In this document: piece by piece, positions 1 through 15,933 of the stretch
Layout of the letters: each line of letters opens with the position of its first letter
Position numbering within the stretch: the first letter of the stretch is position 1
Assembly (NCBI GenBank): GCA_964016885.1
Contig: OZ024743.1
Span: 346,890,001 to 346,954,000, forward strand
Length of the DNA stretch: 64,000 nucleotides
Origin: Eledone cirrhosa
Lineage: Eukaryota
Direction: 5' to 3'
Notes under the pieces: generated by a model
Seen by the model: the letters and a program-made list of their open reading frames with translations, nothing else
What the model was told of the DNA's origin: nothing
The model's database searches: none
Translations under genes and position numbers: made by a program

Positions 1-379
1 CGCAACTGATCTATGAAGTGAAAGAACTTACCCTACCCTAATTTCTAGAATTTTCAGCTACGTTGGCTTAATATATATTCTTTCTTGCCTACGGTGTACA
101 AAATTATTTCGACAAGATTACCAGCTGACGATTGTGATAATTTTTTATGGTTAGATGATCAGCATTGCTTTAAACCTTAAGGGTGTTTGAACTTTCAGCA
201 ATTGAGCGTGACTTAATTATCACCATAATCAACATTTTCTTCATATTCGTTATTTTCATTAGGATTATAAACGTTGTCATCATCATCATCAATAATATCC
301 TAACCTCTCCATTCGCCTATATCCTAATTGTGTTAATATCCTTTGCGTTATCATTATCGTCATTATGATCCAGGTTGTC

Positions 380-598
380 GGAGGATTGGCAGTATCGGTA
401 GAGATGAGTCGGGCACCATGCTTTGCAGCATTGAGTTACGGCCCTTTACAGTCTGATTGCAAATCCAGCCGTGGTTAACTTTGTCTTTCCTCCTCACGGG
501 GTCGATCAAATAAAGCACCAGTATCGTACTGGGGTCTATTTAATCGACTTTCCCCTCCTCCCAAATTGCTGGCCTTGTGCCTATACTAGAAATCATTA
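380..598 (+). mobile_element. tRNA-derived SINE, family 1 (Nin/Deu-like central domain)
   Basis: Head GGATTGGCAGTATCGGTAGAG, body CTTTGTCTTTCCTCCTCACGGGGTCGATCAAATAAAGCACCAGTA, tail GCTGGCCTTGTGCCTATACTAGAAATCATTAT; many reverse-complement copies elsewhere in the window. Confidence 0.75.
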
Positions 599-1881
599 TG
601 ATCCAGATTGTCATCGTCATCATCATCATCATGCCATCACCATCCTCATCATCAACTTCATTATGGTTATGATCCCATAGTCAATAATAATGATAATGAT
701 CACAATTATAATAAAAATTATCGTGACTTTCAACATCATCACCATTTTATATTTATTGTTCGATTCGGTAGCTACCACTAACGGGTTGATGATGCAGATT
801 CATAGTTGTAATAAATTAACTTGCGGTGGTTCGTTACGTCTCACCTATCATCAGCTCTTTATATGATGGGTAACAAATCTCAAACAGAATCAATTTCCCA
901 TTAAGCCTTTCATTACGATGTTTCTAATAAAAGATACTGCCTATGATCAAATCATTTTGAAAATAATTAATTATTTTGGCGTTCACATTATTAAACTGGT
1001 GTTTGGAGCATAACTTAAAGAATGTATTTGCTTTAAGATATGATGGTTATTTCCTAAATGAATAAATAAACGTTATGCTAAACACTTTTGTGTTGCAGAA
1101 TTAGGAGTGTTTTCCTGAGATTTAGTGTCACAGATGGAGAAATATGTAAATTTATACTTTAGGGATACAATCGTCGCCAATAATCATGACTTCTATTATA
1201 TACATTTTTTTCGTTTTAATTTTGTTATATATAGATATGTATATATTTATACCATTTAAGTTATTTTGTTTAGCAACGGCTAGAATGCTGGTTCGGGTTA
1301 GTAAACGATTATGAAATAAATAAAAGCACTCAACGTTGTGCAGATGACTCATCGTAAATGTGGTATCCTGTTGCTGGTTCAGGAATGGAGTTACATATTT
1401 ATTAAAATTAACAGAAGGCCGGCAGGACAGGAACATTACCTTAAAATTGTAATTTCGCGAAAACCTTATACATATTTCAATGGCTCAGTTTCATCATATA
1501 ATACAATAGGACTACAGTGAACACAAACAAAGAAGAGAAAATAGAGGACAGATTTGCTTCGGTGGTATAGTAATGGCAAAACATCCCTGGATATTACCCT
1601 ATTTTTTATTCTCTGTTTATGTTCGCCGTAGTTTTGTTGACTTATATAACTACTTCTGCAATCCTGTTGTTTTATAGAGCTAATTCAGCAATCATCACCT
1701 GATGAAATCGCCTATGTATTGCATCATATTCGGCTGATAAAAATGGGCAGTTGAAATATGTATATTGTTTTCACGGAATTAAAAATTTCAGGAAAGTTTC
1801 CAGTACGGCCTTCTATTGTTTTTAATGAGTTTATATATATATATGTGTGTGTGTGCGTGAGTGTATGCCTCTGTGTGCGTG

Positions 1882-1918
<37 letters not shown>

Positions 1919-1939
1919 GTTTATATGTGGGTATATATG

Positions 1940-1990
<51 letters not shown>

Positions 1991-1994
1991 TATT

Positions 1995-2073
<79 letters not shown>

Positions 2074-2493
2074 GTGTATATACGTATGTTGCAAGAATGT
2101 TGCTGTTGCTCATGTATTTTGGCGACTAATGTTTAAAATTGGCGGTTAATATATCACATAACGACTTTTTTATTATCATCTCTGTTCTGCCGAAAAGGTC
2201 ACAGAGACAAGAACCGAGCTCCAACACAAAAGACTTGTCTCTCTATGAGATTTCAGGGTCCTCTAGCATTTCACTCTGAAATTATGAGCTACTTAGCATC
2301 AGAGACTCGGCAATTACCTAATTAGATTTTGGCAGGCAAATCTGATATACACATCAACTGAAGCTCACAGCTCACCAACTTTGGCGTGTACTAGTGTCAG
2401 TGTGTGTGTGTCCTCGTGTGTGTATGCTTGCGTGTCTTTGTGTTTGTACGTATTTTAAGCGTTTATGATTTGCTACATAAATGCTACTATGTA

Positions 2494-2582
<89 letters not shown>

Positions 2583-2808
2583 CCCTGTGATACACAGGCG
2601 AGACTCCAGCGTAACAAGACTTACTATTTAGCCTTAATAATATGAATATATATATATATATATATATTTATTTAGGTTTGTTGGTTCACCACTGGATAGA
2701 ACCGGTCATTCCGTATGGTCAACCTCGATGTAATATTATGGAGAGTACTCAACGTAATGCAACTCACCCGTCTTCGTTTGTGTAGTTGGTGGTGCGAGTA
2801 CGGAGGTA

Positions 2809-3108
2809 ATTATTATAAAATAACAGGAGGCTGGACTGGTGTAAATCCTTGAAAGGTTTATTATACTATGATCACTTCAATGACCGGATTCAGTATGGTA
2901 GAAGCTGCTAAATAGTCGGTCGTCCTCTTGTCTCTGATTTTCTCTGATTTTCAGCCCCATGGATTTTATCTGTTATATTCCTTTGTTATATTTTGAATAC
3001 CTGATTATGTCACCGGATTTATACTGAACCCGGTCATTGAAGTGATCATAGTATAATAAATCTTTCAAGGATTTACACCAGTCAAGCCTCCTGTTATTTT
3101 ATAATAAT
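2809..3108. mobile_element. Fold-back element A (about 88-bp inverted arms 2809-2896 / 3021-3108) carrying a hammerhead-derived motif
   Basis: ATTATAAAATAACAGGAGGC...GACCGGATTCAGTAT is the reverse complement of ATACTGAACCCGGTC...GCCTCCTGTTATTTTATAAT with few mismatches; followed by (TAA)n/(TA)n. Confidence 0.75.
2997..3054 (+). ncRNA. Degenerate type I hammerhead ribozyme motif
   Basis: ATAC-CTGATTA-T-GTCACCGG..CCGGTCAT-T-GAAG-TGATCA-TA-GTAT: stem I ATAC/GTAT, stem II ACCGG/CCGGT, palindromic stem III TGATCA; two core deviations (CUGAUUA, GAAG). Confidence 0.55.
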
Positions 3109-3120
3109 AATAATAATAAT

Positions 3121-3186
<66 letters not shown>

Positions 3187-3192
<6 letters not shown>

Positions 3193-3531
3193 GATATTAA
3201 TAAATGGAAACTATATTTATAAAACCATATTTATTTCATTATACATACTTCAGGGATACCAAATTAAATCATGGTATGCCTTCATCAGACAAAATACAAT
3301 ATATAACAGTTTTACAAATAAGCTTTGACGTACCCTTTTAAAATGCAACCATTATTTTTGGAAGCCATCTGGATGGCTATCCTGAAATATGTATAATGAA
3401 ATAAATATGGTTTTATAAATATAGTTTCCATTTATTAATATCGTATATCTACTCCAAATACTTGTCGAGTGCTTTATATCAGTTATAAAAATATTTACTT
3501 GTTGTATCCCAACAATTTTCAATAGAACTTT

Positions 3532-3534
<3 letters not shown>
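3187..3534. mobile_element. Fold-back element B (about 70-bp arms 3187-3258 / 3378-3448 plus extra tail) between (TA)n tracts
   Basis: ACGATATTAATAAATGGAAAC...CTTCAGGGATA pairs with TATCCTGAAATATG...CCATTTATTAATATCGT; (TA)n on both sides. Confidence 0.75.
3238..3292 (-). ncRNA. Degenerate hammerhead motif
   Basis: Minus strand CTGATGA-A-GGCATACC..GGTATCCC-T-GAAG-TATG-TA; the opposite arm keeps GAAA (CCTGAAATATGTA); stem I weak. Confidence 0.45.
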
Positions 3535-3581
<47 letters not shown>

Positions 3582-3925
3582 TTTTAACCTCTTAATGGTT
3601 TCAGTCAATGAGGGGGCCCCTTTGACGGCAATTTAACATTACGTTACTTATTGTAGTTTGATAATTCATGTATTGATTTCTATTTATCGATCCGGTATAT
3701 TGCAGAATATAAACATGTTCAGTATATTCCCGAACATAACCGTTTCTTTTTTCGAGGCCTATTGTTAGACATACAAACTGTGTTTCTGATCTTAAGTATT
3801 TCATATTTCCATAGCGATGTTTAGATTTGGCTCAGTTCCGATGAACCAGACATCTGTGATCATAATCGTTTCAGGCTAGGAATGCATTGTTCATTCCATA
3901 TATATAGAGAGAGAGGTGTGTGTGT

Positions 3926-3972
<47 letters not shown>

Positions 3973-4018
3973 TGTGTATTTATATATTTATATACATATA
4001 AGTATATATGTATTTATT

Positions 4019-4053
<35 letters not shown>

Positions 4054-4819
4054 GTATATATATATGTATATATGTATATATATATATATGTATATATATA
4101 TATGTATATATGTATATATGTATATTTGTACATGTAAGTGTGTATATGTATGTATCTGTATATATGTGTGTGTGTGTGTGGTAAGCTTGTCTAGTGGGAG
4201 CTAATGTGAGAATTTGGTCATGTTGTGTGGTTTGAATCACTTTACTACAGGTTCGTGTGGTTTTACTGTGAGAACTGTAACGTGTTGTGAGCTGGGATGT
4301 GACACAGTGTTCTTTCATCTTTACCGACTCAATAAAAATGAGCACACAGCACTTTTTCTAAGTTTAGACTTGTTCAAGGACACCCAGGAAATGATGATTC
4401 AGTTTATTTTTGTAGACAGCAGGCTTTAAAAATATCCCGACGGTGAACATTTTCTGCTGCTCATTGTTTGATGAGTTTTTGCTTGCTGGACTTTTCGTAC
4501 TTTAGTTTGCGGTACAGACTTTAAACATGCTCGGTGATGAAAGCAATCAAGAAAGATAACACTTATATCCAGTCTATACTCTCTGACGCACGCACCCGCA
4601 TATGTGTGTGTGTGTCTGTCTGTGTACACTCAGAAATTGAGGCGGATTTATGTATCTATAGACATGTCTATTTGCGTCCATATTTTTGTACATGTATATA
4701 CTATATGTATTATACGCTTATGTTTATATATATGATTGTGTGAGTGTGTGTGTGTAAACAAATTAGGTGGCTTACAACCATTAGGGAAACAGAATGTGTG
4801 CTTTCCAAAGCAAATGATG

Positions 4820-5010
4820 ATAATAGTTGTTTCAGCTTTTGGCACAAGGCCAGCAGTTATCCCAGTGTATTACTGGTACTTTATTTTATCTACCCCCGTA
4901 AGGATGAAAGGCAAATTTAACCTCGGTAGGATTTGAACTCGGAACGTAAAGGGCCGTAACTCTATGTTGCAAAGTATGGTCTCGAAGCGTCTACCGATTC
5001 TGCCAAATCA
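4820..5010 (-). mobile_element. SINE family 1
   Basis: GGCACAAGGCCAGC...CCCCGTAAGGATGAAAGGCAAA...GGATTTGAACTC...CTACCGATTCTGCCAA, reverse complement of the 380-598 copy. Confidence 0.75.
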
Positions 5011-5577
5011 TAGTCGATCGCTATAACTAATAGTTGCAAAAAACGGGCTAGAATACTCCTAGATACGTTCCATATGCATTTTTATGTGTATATATACTTC
5101 GTACCAAAGTTCTTATTTCTTACGAATTAAGCACGCTTATTGTCCTTGGAATCATGTTTTGTGTCGTTGTCACTGATGTTGTAATTAAAGGTGTTGTTTT
5201 GAAGGTGACTGTGGCTTTGATGTTTCGTTCTTCTTGTCCATGTAAATTTAATTTCGTAAGACGTTCTGAAACACACCTGAAAGAATTTCTTATGGAAATT
5301 GACTGTTATCTCTCTTTTAAATATTGGTGATTAGCCTCACAAGTATGTTCCATGTGACCCCCCCCCCCCCCCGCCCGCACCCATGTCACTCTCTTTTTAT
5401 CTTTCTCTCTCTCTGTCATGTATATATATCTCTGTGTTTGTACTGTAATTATGTTACCTGTGTCTGCGAACTAAATGCATTGGGATTATAGATAATTACA
5501 TGGAAGCAAAGTTGATAAATCCATTCAATTAACAGTTTAGAGATTCAATGCTTTTATTCTTCCTCTTCTATTTAAGG

Positions 5578-5626
<49 letters not shown>

Positions 5627-6015
5627 GTGTGTAAAATGTGTGCTGGGGAATGACATCCATCTTTTGAATATCCTGCGTTTTGAATTAACATGATAGTAGC
5701 CCGTAGTACCATCAAAACGTGTATCTTTATCATAACACAAACACTTAATCAGCCTAACACTACAAGCCACATAATTTCTGCCAGCAGGCTCTAGTCGCGG
5801 TAGTCCACGACGATACCCATAGTGTTATTAAAGCCGGAGACTCATCATTGCAAAGGGAATTCTGAACTACCCATCTATGTCAGCTTCCAGTATCATTCGT
5901 ACTCAGAAGTATGCACACACACATTCATACATATATATTGCTACCACTGAAATATATATATAACAGTAACGAAGTATCCATAAAATGGTGTAAGACTCAA
6001 GTGTTCTTTCTTCTT

Positions 6016-6104
<89 letters not shown>

Positions 6105-7239
6105 ACTCCCACAATGACACACACACACACACATCTTATATAATTATTAGTGTTAACATGACGGGCAATCTTTGACCAGTCTGATGATATGTAAACTGTG
6201 TTGGTATTGTCTCTTTTGTATGTTTGTCGATTGGATCAATAACACTGTATAATATGTGCTATTTGGATCAACGATGTAGCAGCCTCTGTGAGGTTACTCT
6301 GTCTGCTATAAGTAACAGCCAAATCTTTTTAATATCGTTTTTCATTTATTGAGGAAAATCAACCCTGCATTGCATGATAGATCAACCCTGCATTGCATGA
6401 TAGATTCCTAGATTATATTACTCCTTGAAAAAAGATAATATTACAACAGACGCAATGCTTTCGATCATAAACCTACTTGATCAGCACTAACTGTGAGTTG
6501 GATCACTATGTCTGCGTTACCATGTAACAAATGATAAGTGAGGTAAATATCAACGGATATGTCCAGATAACTCTACGCATACAATGGGGCTGGATATTGT
6601 GTTGTTCCAGGTAAGCCTTGGCCACCTTGCCTTTATAGATATCATCTGGAACTAAATTTCCAATGCGTCTTGCTTTTAGTGACATGTTCGCCTACCACCA
6701 AGCAGGTAATATGAGTGAGTATGCTGGATTATAGCTATAGGTCAACCTCGATCAAGTTGTGTTATGATCCAAGGCATTCCAGCTATGCCAGATTTATGAG
6801 TATCTAAAACTACATTATCCAATTGGATGTTACTGTTTTAAAATGGTAGGCTCTGATATTCGGAATATTTAACTGGTATACCTGGTAGGTTATGTGAATC
6901 AATAGCCTCACAACTACAGCGAGAGTACAAGTACCAGCACTATTGGTGTTTTTCTCTTTTTTAAGTAGACTGAAATTCAAAAGGCCTATTATCATACGGC
7001 ATTCAAGTTGTGTGCATCCAGGCTTTCTTTAGTTTCTTTCATCTTTACGTAGATTGACTCGCATCATTAAATGAGTCTTTTTCGCATGATCCCTAAAGCA
7101 GTGATTTTGAAATTAGGGTAAACGCTCTACAGAGAGCATTTGATATATTGGGGAGGCAATTGGAATAGTTAATGTCACGCAACCTGTAGCTTTTCTTAAC
7201 CTAAATTATAATCGACATCATTAAACTCCTGTTTCCATT

Positions 7240-7336
7240 TATATATATATATATATATGTATATATATGTATATATATGTATTATATGTATATGTATATG
7301 TATATATATGTATATATATGTATGTATATATATATG

Positions 7337-7368
<32 letters not shown>

Positions 7369-7455
7369 TATGTATATATATATGTATGTATGTATATGTA
7401 TGTATGTATATATATATATATGTATGTATATATATATGTATGTATATATATGTAT

Positions 7456-7495
<40 letters not shown>

Positions 7496-7496
7496 G

Positions 7497-7536
<40 letters not shown>

Positions 7537-7569
7537 TATATGTATGTATATATATATATATGTATGTAT

Positions 7570-7644
<75 letters not shown>

Positions 7645-7657
7645 TATATGTATGTAT

Positions 7658-7698
<41 letters not shown>

Positions 7699-7717
7699 TA
7701 TATGTATGTATATATAT

Positions 7718-7763
<46 letters not shown>

Positions 7764-7764
7764 C

Positions 7765-7817
<53 letters not shown>

Positions 7818-7843
7818 ATATATATATGTATATATATATGTAC

Positions 7844-7879
<36 letters not shown>

Positions 7880-7962
7880 GTATATATATATGAACATATG
7901 TATATATGTATATATATGTATATATATATATGTATATATATATATGTATATATATATATATG

Positions 7963-8035
<73 letters not shown>
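7240..8035. repeat. Complex (TA)n/(TATG)n microsatellite array
   Basis: Nearly pure T/A alternation with G interruptions. Confidence 0.95.
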
Positions 8036-8037
<2 letters not shown>

Positions 8038-9717
8038 GAAGAACCTACGGAATAGGGAACTTATATACTTACCATCCGACAAAGGTTAAGAATTTTGCGT
8101 CATCTCTCAAGCCACATACAATAACCTAGCCTTTGAACACCTAAGCGACAATGAATTATACACAGTGATCCCGGACATGACTGCAGCCCAGATCGAAAAA
8201 CAGACCAACTCCATTTGGTTCGATATCTGTAGGAGAAGACAACTCCCAAATAAAGTTAAGCTCAACTACACCACTAGAAATAGCAGACTGCCCACATTCT
8301 ACCACCTCATCAAGACCCACACGAATAGTACTAAGACGCAAATAAGACCCATCGTCTCTAGCATAGAAGGACCCCTATACAACATTTCCTGGCTCCTCTC
8401 CCAGGTCCTCAAGCCTCTACTCTCCACCTTTCCCGGGCATGTCAGTAGCTCCGACGAAGTTATACGTAGACTAAACCAACTCCAGCCAGAACAACTTAAA
8501 CTAAATAAATACGCCTTTAGCCTCGACATTGTCTCCCTCTACACTACAGTCCCCGCTCATCCAGCTGTCGATTTATTGACGGACTGCGTGGTCGCAGAGG
8601 ACATCCACTGCTACGGCCTCCACCCGACGGACATACACCAGCTTTTGTCCTTCACAGTAGACAACACATACATCACCTTCCACCACCACACATACAGGCA
8701 GACAACAGGATTACCCATGGGATCCAGCCTATCGGGCCTGCTGGCCATCATCTACATGAACCAGCTAGAATGCCGAGCCCTCAACACCTGCCATTCCCAT
8801 ACCGTCTTCACCCGATATGTAGATGATATACTCATCCTTACATCATCCAGTGAGGAGGCAGATAAAATATACACAACATTCTCCAGCATGGACGCCAGTA
8901 TAAAGTTCAGCATGGAACACCCCGATGACCGCGGATCGCTATCCCTACTGGACTTCCAACTCAGGGTAACAGAGGAAGACAACATCCACACCTGCTTCTA
9001 TAAAAAAAGCCGCCAGCAGGGACCTGTTCGTACATTTCAGATCGGCCCTCCCACTCGGTGCCAAGTTCGGATACATAAGGAACGAACTGGCACGTATCCG
9101 GAACAAATGCACCGACGCTAGAGACCGAGACACACACCACACATTTCCTGGAAGTACTCAAACTGAACGGATACACGACTTCCACCACAAACCGTGCCAG
9201 AAAGAACAGAGGACATCGCACCCGAGGCACTAAAACTTGCTTCCTGAAGCTCCCACACTTCAGTTAAGAAACAACAACAGCCATCCGCAGAGCTATCAGA
9301 CGAGAGGGACTAGATATCCAACTGGCCCACTCAGGTGCTTCTCTACGCGGATAGCTAACCAAAAGACACTCCACCAGACATGACAACTGCTGCAGACTAC
9401 CCATCAACGACACAGACATATGCCACCAGGCTTACGTCGTATACAGACTAGAGTGTGACAAATGCAACAACTTCTACGTAGGTAGCACCACCAGGCCACT
9501 CCACATAAGAATAAAAGAACACCTCAATACTAACGTTTCCTCATTCAAGAAACACCTAGCTAAATGCAAAAACACCGACAAAACCATAACAGTTAGGATA
9601 GAAACTAAGGAAAGAAACCTCGGCAATCTTAGAATTAAGGAAGCACTAATTATAGATAAAACACAACCACCAATCAATAATAGACTAGAACTCAACACCC
9701 AATTTATAACCAGATAG
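8036..9717 (+). pseudogene. Disrupted Penelope-like RT + GIY-YIG endonuclease ORF
   Basis: Motifs PSDKG, IKTH..RPIVS, SLDIVSLYT, GLPMGS, RYVDD, LLDF, FYKK, then VVYRLECDKCNNFYVGSTTRPLHIRIKEH...IKEAL..PPIN; stops at 8087, 9265, 9352; frameshifts near 9008 and about 9135. Confidence 0.9.
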
Positions 9718-10106
9718 AGCTTCTAGCCCCATATTTACACCCCCACACACACGCACGCACACACACACACACACACGCTTACACCTCCACTTATTCTCTC
9801 TAACACATACTCACACAAAACCAGTTCTAACACCAGATAACACCTATCCCCCACATTTACGAATAGACATATCTTCTCACACTCACACACACACACTCAC
9901 ATACTTACACCTTCATGCATTCTCCCACACACTTAAACAGGCATGTATAAAAAAAAACAAAAAAAAAAACTCTTTTAAAGGGAGGCTACTCTTTATCCAC
10001 CTAATTTTAACTCTTTGACATTAGAGATAGAACAGATACTCTATACCATTTCCTGTCAGCATGACTTGGCAAGCTATTTAGGACACTGGTTTGAGAGTTT
10101 TACTTC

Positions 10107-10141
10107 CCTCTGAAGAAGAGATATTATCTCGAAAATTAAGG
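10107..10141 (+). ncRNA. Minimal type I hammerhead ribozyme in the Penelope 3' end (pLTR)
   Basis: CCT-CTGAAGA-A-GAGAT-ATT-ATCTC-GAAA-AT-TA-AGG: intact core, 5-bp stem II, palindromic AATT stem III, stem I CCT/AGG; Penelope pLTRs are known to carry such minimal hammerheads. Confidence 0.75.
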
Positions 10142-10302
10142 ACATTTAAATAAATCTAAGGTAAAAGACTAATTGTCAACAATATCTTTTGCATTTGCAT
10201 TCTTTATTCTATGTCCATACCTGCATTGTTTTGGCTATACTATACATATACAAACGTTTATACCCCATTACACAATGCTTCAAGTGAACTATAACCTCCT
10301 CC

Positions 10303-10371
<69 letters not shown>

Positions 10372-10401
10372 TATCTATATATATATATATACATATATAT
10401 C

Positions 10402-10456
<55 letters not shown>

Positions 10457-10724
10457 ATATACATATATATACATATATATATATATATATAAACATATAC
10501 ATATATATACATATATATACATATACATATATATATATATGTATATATATGTATATATATATATATATACATATATATGTATGTATATATGTATATATAT
10601 ATATATATGTGTATATATATATATATGTATATATATATGTATATATATATATATATATACATAAGTATATATACATATATATATATATATATATCCATAG
10701 ATATATATATATATATATATATAT

Positions 10725-10762
<38 letters not shown>

Positions 10763-10790
10763 ATATATATATATATCTACATAAGTATAT

Positions 10791-10823
<33 letters not shown>

Positions 10824-10834
10824 CATAAGTATAT

Positions 10835-10887
<53 letters not shown>

Positions 10888-11003
10888 TATACATATATAT
10901 ATATGTTTATATATATATATGTTTATATATATATGTATATGTATATATGTATATATATATATATGTATATATATGTATATATATATATATATGTATATAT
11001 ATG

Positions 11004-11034
<31 letters not shown>

Positions 11035-11035
11035 T
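10303..11035. repeat. Complex (TA)n array
   Basis: TA alternation with C/G interruptions. Confidence 0.95.
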
Positions 11036-11159
11036 AGGGTAAACATTGATGCAATTCAATTCAAGCACTCAACGTACTTTTTCCACATAGGAGTGACGGA
11101 GTAAATATGAATAAGAAAAAACGAAGTAGTTTCAGATGTTCAAACCCTTTAATAATAAT

Positions 11160-11233
11160 GTTGTGATATATATTTCAATGGCGACACTGGCCACACTGTT
11201 CTGTGTGCGAGTGTCGTGACATCATCAGACAGC
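11160..11233 (-). ncRNA. Type I hammerhead ribozyme (minus arm of element C)
   Basis: GCTGT-CTGATGA-TGTCA-CGACACT-CG-CACAC-AGAACA-GTGTG-GCC-AGTGTCG-CCATT-GAAA-TATATA-TC-ACAAC. Confidence 0.75.
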
Positions 11234-11555
11234 TTGTTACATAATAAGGTTATGTTTCCGAGGCAATCCAAATTGAATCGACATGGGAACGGATGAAATG
11301 CGTGCTTTTGGGTTTATCATCCGTTCTCCTGTGAGTACCAATTCACCCCCACCGGTCTGCGCGTGCGCATGTCCGAAGGAAGTTGACCATTGGCTACCAC
11401 AGCTTTTAACGAAATTCGCTTAGTCATTTCAGCCTCTCAGTGACGCAATGGCCCGTACCATCGTTTACTGCTACCCATTACGACTGTGGCAGTCAGTCGA
11501 AAGCCAGTCGATGCAATTTGGATTGCCTCGGAAACATAACCTGATTATGTAACAA

Positions 11556-11629
11556 GCTGTCTGATGATGTCACGACACTCGCACACAGAACAGTGTGGCT
11601 ATTGTCGCCATTGAAATATATATCACAGC
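11556..11629 (+). ncRNA. Type I hammerhead ribozyme (plus arm of element C)
   Basis: GCTGT-CTGATGA-[long stem II CGACA..CACAC/GTGTG..TGTCG]-GAAA-TATATA-TC-ACAGC; perfect 5-bp stem I; predicted AUC cleavage after 11624. Confidence 0.8.
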
Positions 11630-11694
11630 ATTATTATTAAAAGACTTGAACATCTGAAACTACTTCGCTTTTCCTTATTCTATATATGTATATA

Positions 11695-12311
11695 TATTAC
11701 ACGGCTCAGAAATATTTTTTTCTTTGAGCTATTTCATTGTAAAGGAATGCTTGAGTTTTGAACTCAATACACTTAATATAATTTCTCCTTACGTTGAGCT
11801 GGTAGTAGCTCCATATATACGGCTGTTATTTCTAGCAGTACGAGTATGAGGCTGGCTAGAAACTGTAAAACCATGTGCGTTAAACGGTCTTTTAAAATAT
11901 TTAGAAGTGAAGCATATCAATTTGTTCAGGGTGTTTACTGATGTGAGCTGGACATGATATCCTTACACTTATTCATCTCGAAACACATTTGGATTTTAAA
12001 GTTTAAACTTATCTACGGAACAGATATGATTTTGAAATTTAAATTTGTCTAAACACCATGGCCATTTGCCAATACTGTTTATTGATTTATTATTTTAAAT
12101 CGAGATAGGCAAACTGTAATATTATAATTAGTATATTTCATTCTAGCTAACTTAATTTCTTTTACAATATAAACACAGATATGTTGGTATTTGTGTTTCA
12201 TCATATATATTAATTTATATTTACTTGTATTACACGGCTCAGAAATATTTTTTCTTTGAGCTATTTCACTGTAAAGGAATGCTTGAGTTTTGAACTCAAT
12301 ACACTTAATAT
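11695..12311 (+). mobile_element. 533-bp unit with 84-bp terminal redundancy (family I, retrozyme-like)
   Basis: TATTACACGGCTCAGAAAT...CAATACACTTAATAT occurs at 11695 and again at 12228; homologous to the 556-bp unit at 49718-51146; degenerate hammerhead at 11934-11993 (CTGATGT-GAG..CTC-GAAA). Confidence 0.65.
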
Positions 12312-12531
12312 CGACAGTCGATCGACTTTCGTCAAATCGGACCGAGGAAACAATGTTTCCATTGGTCTTTCCAATTGCTAATACTATCTATCGGTCGCAA
12401 CTCCAGGTAGAAGGAGCAACGTGAAATAAAGTGTCTTGCTCAAGGACATAACGCATCGCCCGGTTCGGGATTTGAACTCACAATCTCACGATTGTGGATC
12501 CAGTTCTCTAACCACTCAGCCACGCGCCTCC
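12312..12531 (-). mobile_element. tRNA-derived SINE family 2 with 11-bp target site duplication
   Basis: Minus strand GGCGCGTGGCTGAGTGGTTAGAG (A box), GAGTTCAAATCCC (B box), TGTCCTTGAGCAAGACAC; ACACTTAATAT duplicated at 12301-12311 and 12532-12542. Confidence 0.85.
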
Positions 12532-12535
12532 ACAC

Positions 12536-15300
<2,765 letters not shown>

Positions 15301-15655
15301 TAGAAAGTAAGGTTTTTTTTACAAAATGATAAATAACCGAGGTGTCCTACACGAGTAGAAGTATAAAGAAAAAGGGATGAAATCGAAAATGCAACTGAAG
15401 TCCCACTTTTCTAAAAATATATATATATATTTGGTTCCTCCACCGGTTTCGCAGTTCCTCTGCTTTCCAAAAGGTGAGTTGAGATGGAGGGTCTGAGGTT
15501 TTTCTCACATCTGATGTGAGAAAAACCACAGACCCTCCATCTCAACTCACCTTTTGGAAAGCAGAGGAACTGCGAAACCGGTGGAGGAACCAAATAGATA
15601 TATATATTTTTAGAAAAGTGGGACTTCAGTTGCATTTTCGATTTCATCCCTTTTT

Positions 15656-15662
<7 letters not shown>
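15301..15662. mobile_element. Fold-back element D: near-perfect 301-bp palindrome (15362-15662, centre 15512) plus 60-bp tail
   Basis: Centre CTCACATC-T-GATGTGAG; each arm has variant hammerhead CCTT-TTGGAAA-GCAG-AGGAA-CTGC-GAAA-CCGG-TG-GAGG (15550-15587 +, 15437-15474 -); TA flanks. Confidence 0.85.
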
Positions 15663-15711
<49 letters not shown>

Positions 15712-15772
15712 ATATATGTATGTATATATGTATATATATGTATGTATATATGTATATATATGTATATATATG

Positions 15773-15831
<59 letters not shown>

Positions 15832-15860
15832 ATATATATTTATATGTATATATATATATG

Positions 15861-15928
<68 letters not shown>

Positions 15929-15933
<5 letters not shown>

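Larger units (their letters stand above)
8036..10302 (+). mobile_element. 5'-truncated Penelope-like retroelement inserted in (TA)n
   Basis: RT plus C-terminal GIY-YIG coding region, 3' region with a hammerhead motif, (TA)n arrays directly on both flanks. Confidence 0.9.
11036..11685. mobile_element. Fold-back element C (about 177-bp arms 11106-11282 / 11507-11685) with a complete hammerhead in each arm
   Basis: GAATAAGAAAAAACGAAGTAG...CCAAATTGAATCGAC versus GTCGATGCAATTTGG...CTACTTCGCTTTTCCTTATTC; about 225-bp spacer; TA flanks. Confidence 0.85.

Noticed and set aside
800-1010. TAAT-rich unique blocks as sall enhancers (also 23900-24050 and 54600-54900)
   Set aside because: Such motifs are expected by chance in AT-rich DNA; needs conservation or chromatin data
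8087-9354. Programmed readthrough or selenocysteine recoding of Penelope stops
   Set aside because: Stops are TAA/TAG and come with two frameshifts, which indicates ordinary decay
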